Shown in pieces: positions 55,808 through 64,000 of a DNA stretch of 64,000 nucleotides. The notes beneath the pieces were generated by a model, which did no database searches, had not been told where the DNA came from, and saw only the letters and a program-made list of their open reading frames with translations. The position numbers were made by a program, and so were the translations under genes. Each line of letters opens with the position of its first letter. The stretch's first letter is position 1. The DNA is from a bacterium (lineage in GTDB: Bacteria > Actinomycetota > Acidimicrobiia > Spongiisociales > Spongiisociaceae), in NCBI GenBank assembly GCA_028821235.1, contig JAPPGV010000161.1:291-64290 (forward strand), given 5' to 3'.

Positions 55808-57823
55808 ATGACTTACGCCTGGTCGGAAGCCGCCGAGGAACGGGCCCGGCAGGTCATCGCACGCTACCCCCGGCGCCGCTCCGCGATCATGCCTCTTCTC
55901 TACATCGCCATGAAGGAGGATCTGGACCGGGGCGCGGACCGGCTCACCGAGGACGGCATGCGCCGGGTGGCGGAGTTGGTGGGCGTGACCCCCGCCCAGG
56001 TGGTGGCGGTGGCCAGCTTCTACACGATGTACAAGCGGGACCGGGTCGGCAAGTACCTGGTATCGGTCTGCACGTCTATCTCGTGCTGGCTCGACGGCGC
56101 CGACGCGGTGCTCCATGCGGTCGAGTCCGAGGCCGGGGTCCCGTCCGGCCATACCGACCGCGACGGAGCCATCACCCCCGAGCACGTCGAGTGCATCGGC
56201 GCCTGCGGAGGGGCTCCCGCGGTCCAGGTCAACTACGAGTTCGTGGAGGGGGTCACGCCTGCCAAGGCGAGGGAGATGGTGCGCTGGCTCCGGTCCGAGG
56301 AGCCCGAGGCGGTGACCGGCGACGAGCTCCAGGACAGGTTCGGCGGGCGGACTGCGTTCCCCTGGGCCATACCCGAACCGGCGGGTGTCGCCGGACCGGT
56401 TCCGGCCTGCGCGTCCCTGGGAACGGCGGTTCCGTCCAACGGTCACGTTCCCGACCTGGACACGTCGAGCACGGTGGGGAACGGCGACCTCCCGATGATC
56501 CTCACCGACCGGATGAACCGCCACCCGCTCAACAGCCACGCGCTGTCCACCTACGAGGCCACCGGGGGTTACTCCGCGCTCCGCAGGGTGCTCGGCGACC
56601 CTGGCATGACCCCTGCCGAGATCACCGACGACATCAAGGCCTCCATGTTGCGGGGCCGGGGCGGGGCCGGGTTCCCGGCAGGTGTCAAGTGGAGTTTCCT
56701 GGCGCCGGCCCGCCCGTCCTACCTGGTGGTCAACGCCGACGAGTCGGAGCCCGGCACCTTCAAGGACCGCCAGCTCATGGAGCGTGATCCGCACCAGATG
56801 ATCGAGGGCATCGTGATCTCCTCCTACGCGACCGACGTGAACCACGCCTTCGTGTACGTCCGGGGCGAGTACCCGAAGGCGGCCCGGCGGGTGGAGGCCG
56901 CGGTCGAGGAGGCTTACCGGGCCGGGTATCTCGGCCGGGACATTCTCGGATCGGGTTACGACCTCGAACTGACCGTCCACCTGGGCGCCGGCGCCTACAT
57001 CTGCGGGGAGGAGACCGCCCTGCTCAACAGCCTGGAGGGCAAGCGGGGCGAGCCCCGGATCAAGCCGCCCTACTTCCCTGCCGCCAAGGGCCTCTACATG
57101 ATGCCCACCATCGTGAACAACGTGGAGACCCTGTCCAACGTTCCCTGGATCATCATGGAGGGCGCCGCCGCCTATGCCGCCATCGGCCCCGGAGGCTCGC
57201 CCGGCAAGCGGATGTGCTCCATCTCCGGCCACGTCAACCGTCCGGGCAACTACGAGATCGTGGAGGGTCTGACCTGGCGGGAGCTGATCTTCGACCTGGC
57301 GGGTGGCATCCGCGACGGCAACCGGCTCAAGGCCTGGGTGCCGGGCGGGGCCTCCGCTCCCTGGTTCGTCCCCGAGCTCCACCTCGACACCGAGGTCACC
57401 AAGGAGGCGATCGACGGGCACGGATCGATGACCGGCTCCGGAGCGGTCATCGTGATGGACCACACCACCGACATGGTGGCGGCCGCCGAACGCCTGGTGC
57501 GGTTCTTCGCCCACGAGTCCTGCGGGCAGTGCACCCCGTGCCGCGAGGGAACCGTCTGGATCGACCTGATCCTGCGGCGCATCATGGACCGCCAGGGCCG
57601 CCCGGTGGACGCCGACCTGCTGCTGGACGTGTCCGACAACATCTCGCCCGGACTCCAATGGCCCCCCGCCATGACCACCATCTGCCCGCTCGGGCCCTCG
57701 GCGGTCTCTCCAGTCGTGTCCCTCCTCCAGTATTTCCGCGACGAGGTGGACAGCTACCTGGAGCAGGCCGACCTGCTGGCGCAGGCCAACCTGGTGCCCG
57801 TGTCGATCGGCGGCGTGAGATGA
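55808..57823 (+). CDS. nuoEF: NuoE and NuoF encoded in one uninterrupted 671-aa reading frame (fusion, or nuoF initiating internally)
   Basis: NuoE part: CTSISC...CIGACGGAP (2Fe-2S). A roughly 40-aa Pro/Gly/Ser linker follows. NuoF part starts at PMILTDRM... with GRGGAGFPAGVKW (FMN) and ESCGQCTPCREG (4Fe-4S). No stop codon between the two parts. Confidence 0.8.
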   Translation: MTYAWSEAAEERARQVIARYPRRRSAIMPLLYIAMKEDLDRGADRLTEDGMRRVAELVGVTPAQVVAVASFYTMYKRDRVGKYLVSVCTSISCWLDGADAVLHAVESEAGVPSGHTDRDGAITPEHVECIGACGGAPAVQVNYEFVEGVTPAKAREMVRWLRSEEPEAVTGDELQDRFGGRTAFPWAIPEPAGVAGPVPACASLGTAVPSNGHVPDLDTSSTVGNGDLPMILTDRMNRHPLNSHALSTYEATGGYSALRRVLGDPGMTPAEITDDIKASMLRGRGGAGFPAGVKWSFLAPARPSYLVVNADESEPGTFKDRQLMERDPHQMIEGIVISSYATDVNHAFVYVRGEYPKAARRVEAAVEEAYRAGYLGRDILGSGYDLELTVHLGAGAYICGEETALLNSLEGKRGEPRIKPPYFPAAKGLYMMPTIVNNVETLSNVPWIIMEGAAAYAAIGPGGSPGKRMCSISGHVNRPGNYEIVEGLTWRELIFDLAGGIRDGNRLKAWVPGGASAPWFVPELHLDTEVTKEAIDGHGSMTGSGAVIVMDHTTDMVAAAERLVRFFAHESCGQCTPCREGTVWIDLILRRIMDRQGRPVDADLLLDVSDNISPGLQWPPAMTTICPLGPSAVSPVVSLLQYFRDEVDSYLEQADLLAQANLVPVSIGGVR

Positions 57824-60255
57824 GCGGGGACGACCGGACGATGGTCGGCCTGACTATCGACGGCGTTGAGGTGGAGGCGCCCGCCGGAGAGCTGCTGATC
57901 AAGGCTGCCGAGGACAACGGCGTCTACATCCCGCGCTTCTGCTGGCACCCGCGGATGAACCCGGTGGGGATGTGCCGGATGTGCCTGGTCGAGATCGAGA
58001 CCCCCCGGGGCAGGATCATCGTTCCCTCGTGCGTGCAGCCGGTCAACGACGGGATGGTGGCTTACACCGAGTCGGCCCCTGCCAAGAAAGCGCAGGAAGG
58101 AGTGCTCGAGTTCCTCCTGGCCAACCATCCGCTCGACTGCCCGGTGTGCGACAAGGGCGGTGAGTGCCCCCTCCAGGACCAGACCATGTCATACGGACCC
58201 GGAGAGAGCCGTTTCGTCGAGGAGAAGCGCCACTTCGCCAAGCCGGTGCCGATCAGCGACCTGGTCCTGCTCGACCGGGAACGCTGCATCCTCTGCGCCC
58301 GCTGCACCAGGTTCTCGGATGAGATCTCCGGGGATCCGCTGATCGAGTTCCAGGGCCGCAGCGGCCATACCCAGGTACTCACCTTCCCGGACGAGCCGTT
58401 CAATTCCTATTTCTCGGGCAACACCGTGGAGATCTGCCCGGTGGGGGCTCTGACCGCCGTTCCCTACCGCTTCCGGGCCCGGCCGTGGGACCTCACCGTC
58501 GGTGAGAGCACCGGGACCGTGCACACCGAGGGCGCCGGAATCTCGGTACACGTGTCCCAGAACCGCGTGCTCCGCTTCCTGGGGCTCGACATCGACGCCA
58601 CCAACCAGGGTTGGCTGTCCGACAAGGAGCGGTTCGGCTTCGAGTTCATCGGCTCTCCGGAGCGGCTCCGCACCCCGCTGATCAGGGACGGCGACGGCTT
58701 TCGCGAGGCCGGGTGGGGCGAAGCCCTCGACCTGGTGTCGGAGCGGCTCCGGGCGGCGATCGCGAACGGCGGCGGTGCGTCGGTGGCGGCCCTGGGTGGG
58801 GCTCGGGGCACCAACGAGGACGCCTACGCCCTGTCCAAGTTCATGCGGGTGACGGTGGGGTCCAACCACCTCGACGCCGGGCTCGGCGACGGCCTCCCCG
58901 CCAGGTTCCTCACCGGACTGGCGGGTCGGGGCCGGATCGACGACCTCGAGACCGCCCGGACCATCCTGCTGTGGGGTCCCGACCTCAAGGAGACCCACCC
59001 CATCCTCTACCTGCGGGTCCGGCGCGCTGCCCAGGAGTTGGGCGCCACGCTGATCGTGGTCCATCCCCGCCGGACCGGGCTGGACGACCGGGCCGACCAC
59101 AAGCTGACCTACCGGCCCGGGGAGGGTGCGCAGATCCTGGAGCGGCTGAAGGCCGGCAGCGGGGAGTTCCAGCCCGTGCGGGAGGCGCTGGACCGGGGTC
59201 CCCTGGTAGCGCTGGTGGGGCGTCCCGGGCTGGCCGAGGATCCCCGCCTGGCCGAGTCGGTGGCAGCGTTCGCCCGGTCCCTCGACGCGTCCATGCTCCC
59301 GCTGGTTCATCGCGGCAACACGTTCGGAGCGCTCGACATGGGGGTGGCCCCGGACCTGCTCCCGGGCCGCCTGCCGGTCGAGGGAGCGGCAGGACCCCTG
59401 GTCGATGCCTGGGGCGCCATTCCGCCGGGTCCCGGTCTCGATGCCGTCGGGATCGCGGCCGCCTGCGGCGCAGGGGAGATCGAGGTGCTCCTCCTGTACG
59501 GCGCCGATCCGGTCCGCGACCTGGTGGGCTTCGACGGAGCCGCCGCCCTGTCAGGAGCAGGCTTCGTGGTGGCGATGGACCTCTTCCTCACCGACTCCTC
59601 CCGCCGGGCCGATGTGGTGTTCCCCGCTCTGGGCTTCGGGGAGAAGAAGGGCACGGTGACCAACCTGGAGGGCCGCGTCCAGATGGTCAACCGGTTGGTG
59701 CCGGGGCCCGGACAGGCGCGAGCCGACTGGTCGGTCCTGGACGATCTGGCTGATCGCCTCGGCCGCCCGCTCGACCTGGGCTCCGAGCGGGACATCGCCG
59801 ACGAGGTCTCCCGGCTGGCGCCTGCCTACGCCGGCATTACCTGGGACCACCTCGAGTGGGATGCGCGGGAAGGCGAGGTGGCCCCGATGGACCCCGCCGA
59901 CCAGCCGTTCGTCCACGAGCCCCGTCACCAGGAGCTCAACGGCCGGCTCGACGGGCACACTCTCCATCTGGCCCGCACCCTCTATGACGACGGCGTGCTG
60001 TTGCGGCACTGCCCCTCCCTGGCGCCCCTGGCGCCCGGGGCGGGCGCCTACCTGACCCCTGCCCACGCCGCCTCGCTGGCGGTAGCGGAGGGCGATGAGG
60101 TGGTGGTCCGGATCGGCGGCCAGACGGTGCGGTTGCCGGCGCGGATCGATCAGAGCCTGGCGGAGGGCTCGGTCTACATTCCCTTCAACCAGCCCGGCAT
60201 GGGAGCTGTGGACAACTCGCTCGGCGTCAGCGTCTCGGTGAGGGAGCCGTCCTGA
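57820..60255 (+). CDS. nuoG: NADH-quinone oxidoreductase subunit G
   Basis: Start ATG 57820, overlapping the nuoF stop. Cluster motifs CRMCLVEI, HPLDCPVCDKGGECPLQD, RCILCARCTRF. Confidence 0.9.
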   Translation: MSGDDRTMVGLTIDGVEVEAPAGELLIKAAEDNGVYIPRFCWHPRMNPVGMCRMCLVEIETPRGRIIVPSCVQPVNDGMVAYTESAPAKKAQEGVLEFLLANHPLDCPVCDKGGECPLQDQTMSYGPGESRFVEEKRHFAKPVPISDLVLLDRERCILCARCTRFSDEISGDPLIEFQGRSGHTQVLTFPDEPFNSYFSGNTVEICPVGALTAVPYRFRARPWDLTVGESTGTVHTEGAGISVHVSQNRVLRFLGLDIDATNQGWLSDKERFGFEFIGSPERLRTPLIRDGDGFREAGWGEALDLVSERLRAAIANGGGASVAALGGARGTNEDAYALSKFMRVTVGSNHLDAGLGDGLPARFLTGLAGRGRIDDLETARTILLWGPDLKETHPILYLRVRRAAQELGATLIVVHPRRTGLDDRADHKLTYRPGEGAQILERLKAGSGEFQPVREALDRGPLVALVGRPGLAEDPRLAESVAAFARSLDASMLPLVHRGNTFGALDMGVAPDLLPGRLPVEGAAGPLVDAWGAIPPGPGLDAVGIAAACGAGEIEVLLLYGADPVRDLVGFDGAAALSGAGFVVAMDLFLTDSSRRADVVFPALGFGEKKGTVTNLEGRVQMVNRLVPGPGQARADWSVLDDLADRLGRPLDLGSERDIADEVSRLAPAYAGITWDHLEWDAREGEVAPMDPADQPFVHEPRHQELNGRLDGHTLHLARTLYDDGVLLRHCPSLAPLAPGAGAYLTPAHAASLAVAEGDEVVVRIGGQTVRLPARIDQSLAEGSVYIPFNQPGMGAVDNSLGVSVSVREPS

Positions 60256-61340
60256 TGGACTGGATCGATCTGGGTCTGGTAGCGCTGCGCGTGGTGGTCA
60301 TCTTCGGGCTGCTCCAGGTCGTGACCATCCTCCTCATCTGGTTCGAGCGCAAGGTGGTGGCCGACATGCAGAACCGGGTCGGCCCTGACCGGGCCGGTCC
60401 GTTCGGGATCCTCCAGACCGTGGCGGACGGTGTGAAGCTGTTCTTCAAGGAGCAGGTGACGCCCCGCAAGGTCGAGCTCGGCCTCTACCTGGCCGCGCCG
60501 ATGCTGGCTGCCGTTCCCGCCTTCCTGATGTTCATGGTGGTGCCGTTCGGCCGTCCCGTCCGCATCAACCTGGGCGGTGAGGACCGGCTCATCCCCATCC
60601 AGGGCGCCGACCTCAACATCGGGCTGCTCTACGTGCTGGCCATGTCGTCTGTGGCCGTCTACGCGGTGGTGCTGGCCGGCTGGTCCTCGGGCTCCAAGTA
60701 CCCGTTGCTGGGCGGGGTGCGGGCCACCGCCCAGGCCATCTCCTACGAGGCGGCCATGGGCCTGGCGCTGGTGCCGGTGGTGCTCTTCACCGGCTCGCTG
60801 CGGCTCTCCGAGATCGTGGCCGCCCAGTCGGGGAGCCTGACTTTCTTCGACAGGGCGATCGCCCTCCCGGCCTGGAACGTGATCGTTCTCGCTCCCTCGT
60901 TCCTGATCTTCTTCATCGCCGCGGTCGCCGAGACCAACCGGGCTCCCTTCGATCTGGTCGAGGCGGAGCAGGAGATCGTGGGCGGGTTCCACACCGAGTA
61001 CTCCGGGTTGCGCTTCGCGCTGTTCTTCCTGGCCGAGTACATCAACATCTTCACCATGTCGGGCCTGGCCGTGACCCTGTTCCTGGGAGGCTGGGCCGGA
61101 CCCACCTGGGACGGCTCGGTGCCGCTGCTGGTGAGCGCCATCCTCCCGACCGTCTGGTTCTTCGTGAAGGTGGTGGTGTTCCTGTTCATTTTCGTATGGC
61201 TGCGGGCCACGCTCCCGCGCCTCCGTTACGACCAGCTGATGACCCTCGGCTGGAAACGGCTCATACCGGCCTCGCTGGTGTGGCTGTTCTTCATCGGGGG
61301 AGCGATGGCTGTTCGCCAGTTCGGGCTTCCATGGGGGTGA
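60255..61340 (+). CDS. nuoH: NADH-quinone oxidoreductase subunit H
   Basis: [36 protein letters not shown] motifs. Confidence 0.9.
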   Translation: MDWIDLGLVALRVVVIFGLLQVVTILLIWFERKVVADMQNRVGPDRAGPFGILQTVADGVKLFFKEQVTPRKVELGLYLAAPMLAAVPAFLMFMVVPFGRPVRINLGGEDRLIPIQGADLNIGLLYVLAMSSVAVYAVVLAGWSSGSKYPLLGGVRATAQAISYEAAMGLALVPVVLFTGSLRLSEIVAAQSGSLTFFDRAIALPAWNVIVLAPSFLIFFIAAVAETNRAPFDLVEAEQEIVGGFHTEYSGLRFALFFLAEYINIFTMSGLAVTLFLGGWAGPTWDGSVPLLVSAILPTVWFFVKVVVFLFIFVWLRATLPRLRYDQLMTLGWKRLIPASLVWLFFIGGAMAVRQFGLPWG

Positions 61341-61341
61341 T

Positions 61342-62003
<662 letters not shown>

Positions 62004-62004
<1 letters not shown>

Positions 62005-62600
62005 TGGTGGAGCTGGTCATCTTCGCGCTCATGGGGGCGGTGGCGTTGGCAGGCGCCATCGGTGTGGTCCGGGCTCGCAACCCCGTGTACGGGGCGATGG
62101 GCCTGATGGCCACGCTCTTCGCCCTGGCGGTCTTCTACGTGGTCCACCTGGCGCACTTCGTGGCGGTGGTGCAGGTGATCGTGTACGCCGGAGCGGTCAT
62201 CACCCTGTTCCTCTTCGTGATCATGTTCGTGGGCGTGGACCGGGCCGAGGACCTCACCGAGAAGCTGGCGGTGCAACGACCGGTGGCGCTGATCGTCCTG
62301 GTGGGGGTGGTGGTGGCGGCCGGCGCGCTGGTGGTCACCGGCCGCTTCGACTGGGTGATCACGTCCGGTGAGCCCCAGGTGGTGACGGGGACCATCGAGG
62401 AGATCGGCGAGAACCTCATCTCGGTCGGTCCGCCGTCCGGCCGCGAGGCTTCGAGGTGGCTGTTGCCGTTCGAGGCCACGTCGCTGCTGCTGATCGTCGC
62501 GGCCGTGGGGGCGATAGCGCTGGCCTTCTACCGCCCGCGACGCAAGGACGAGGCATCCGGCAGCCGGGACGCCGGCCCCGGGTCAGGATCGGGTCCATGA
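62004..62600 (+). CDS. nuoJ: NADH-quinone oxidoreductase subunit J
   Basis: Hydrophobic N-terminus, [19 protein letters not shown] motif, operon position. Confidence 0.85.
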
Positions 62601-62902
62601 TCGTCACCGCCGGCTGGTACATGACGCTCGCCGCCGTCCTGTTCCTCATCGGGGCGGGCGGGCTGCTGCTCCGCAACAACGCCCTCGTCATGTTCATGTC
62701 CGTGGAGTTGATGCTCAACGCGGTCAACCTGACCTTCGTGGCGGCGGCCCGCGCCCACGGTGACATCGGGGGGCAGATGGCCGTGCTGTTCGTGCTGGTG
62801 GTGGCGGCGGCCGAGGTGGCGGTCGGCCTGGCCATCATCGTGTCGATCTTCCGATCCCGCCGAACCGCCTCGGTGGACGAGCTCTCGGAGCTGTCGGGAT
62901 GA
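62597..62902 (+). CDS. nuoK: NADH-quinone oxidoreductase subunit K
   Basis: Start ATG 62597. 101 aa with three TM helices, [11 protein letters not shown] and [11 protein letters not shown] motifs. Confidence 0.9.
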   Translation: MIVTAGWYMTLAAVLFLIGAGGLLLRNNALVMFMSVELMLNAVNLTFVAAARAHGDIGGQMAVLFVLVVAAAEVAVGLAIIVSIFRSRRTASVDELSELSG

Positions 62903-62975
62903 CCCGCGCCCGCGGGGAGGGTGGTCCGGCCCGCTGCTCCGGGCCTCCGGCGCGGCGGTCGGTGCGAGCGGCGCC

Positions 62976-64000
62976 GTGACCGGCTACCTCTGGATCGTCA
63001 TCGCCCTGCCGCTGGCCGGCGCCCTGTTCAACCACTTCTTGGGACGCCGGATCGGGGAGCCCCGCGCGGCCGGCCCGGCCATCCTGGCGGTGCTCGGATC
63101 CTTCGCCTACGCGGCCGTGGCGGCCCGCGACTTCTTCATCTCGGCCGACGCCTCCGAAGATGCGGTGGCGGTGGTGCACCTGTTCGACTGGATACCGGGC
63201 CTGGGCGCCAGGGCCGAGCTGCTGTGGGACCCCCTCTCGGCCACCATGACCCTGGTCGTCACCGGCGTGGGCGCCCTCATCCACATCTACTCGGTGGGGT
63301 ACATGCACGGCGATCCCCGGTTCGGCCGCTTCTTCACCTACCTGAACCTGTTCATCGCCTCGATGCTGATCCTGGTGCTTGCCAACAACTTCGCCCTCCT
63401 GTTCGTGGGCTGGGAGCTGGTGGGCCTCTGCTCCTACCTCTTGATCTCCTTCTGGTACACCCGCCCCTCGGCCGCCGCGGCCGGCAAGAAGGCGTTCGTG
63501 GTGAACCGGATCGGGGACTTCGGTTTCATGGTGGCTCTGATGATCATCTTCCTCTCGTTCGGCACCCTCTCCTACACGGAGGTGCTCCACGAACCCGGAA
63601 TGGTGATCGGCGCCGGCACCGCCACCGCCATCGGCCTGCTGCTGCTGGTGGGGGCGGCCGGTAAGTCGGCCCAGCTACCCCTGCACGTCTGGCTGCCCGA
63701 CGCCATGGAGGGCCCAACTCCGGTGTCGGCCCTGATCCATGCCGCCACCATGGTCACGGCGGGCGTCTACATGGTGGCGCGCTGCGCGGCCATCTTCGGA
63801 CTGTCGGACGTGGCCGGTGGGGTGGTGGCCACGGTGGGGGCGCTCACGGCGCTGATGGCCGCCACCATCGCCATTGCCCAGCGCGACATCAAGCGGGTGT
63901 TGGCCTACTCGACCATCAGCCAGTTGGGCTACATGTTCATGGCGGTCGGCGTGGCAGGTTACGTGGCGGGCCTGTTCCACCTCGTAACCCACGCGGTCTT
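62976..64000 (+). CDS. nuoL: NADH-quinone oxidoreductase subunit L (5' part; runs off the window)
   Basis: Open frame from GTG 62976. My translation reads VTGYLWIVIALPLAG...GWELVGLCSYLLISFW...KSAQLPLHVWLPDAMEGPTPVSALIHAATMV. Not in the ORF track because no stop falls inside the window. Confidence 0.85.
   Translation, partial: MTGYLWIVIALPLAGALFNHFLGRRIGEPRAAGPAILAVLGSFAYAAVAARDFFISADASEDAVAVVHLFDWIPGLGARAELLWDPLSATMTLVVTGVGALIHIYSVGYMHGDPRFGRFFTYLNLFIASMLILVLANNFALLFVGWELVGLCSYLLISFWYTRPSAAAAGKKAFVVNRIGDFGFMVALMIIFLSFGTLSYTEVLHEPGMVIGAGTATAIGLLLLVGAAGKSAQLPLHVWLPDAMEGPTPVSALIHAATMVTAGVYMVARCAAIFGLSDVAGGVVATVGALTALMAATIAIAQRDIKRVLAYSTISQLGYMFMAVGVAGYVAGLFHLVTHAV

Overview
High-GC (spot counts about 65-70%) Actinomycetota-like chromosomal segment, almost fully coding and mostly core. 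In order: a fabH-fabG-acpP-fabF operon. A small mixed block (two membrane proteins, NUDIX, histidine phosphatase, DUF3040-like, MerR, thioredoxin-fold, HNH, Fur). A long dcw cluster, mraZ-rsmH-ftsL-ftsI-murE-mraY-murD-ftsW-murG-murC-murB-ftsQ-ftsZ-pgeF-yggS-sepF-yggT-divIVA, with no murF. An FAD oxidoreductase, ileS, dksA-like, lspA, rluD-like and dnaE. A variable interval (about 36-53 kb). Then nuoA-nuoL, with nuoE and nuoF in one reading frame and nuoL running off the window. The variable interval holds an AroQ/alpha-beta-hydrolase fusion gene and a Gfo/Idh/MocA oxidoreductase. The 3' end of the oxidoreductase gene is duplicated as 146-bp direct repeats around a 1.8-kb, lower-GC, single-gene insertion. 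That insertion encodes an AlbA_2(Schlafen-like)/HATPase_c_4 protein with an atypical C-terminus, and no recombinase gene is visible. The interval also holds a sulfatase / ABC importer / sulfatase locus, a tRNA-Pro(UGG)-like element with a non-pairing acceptor stem, a Phd/YefM-VapC toxin-antitoxin pair and an ABC exporter. The most unusual object is the repeat-bounded single-gene insertion. I could not show that it is a new system; it is a candidate that needs database and comparative checks. All coordinates, motifs and alignments were read by eye from the sequence and ORF track, and no searches were run.
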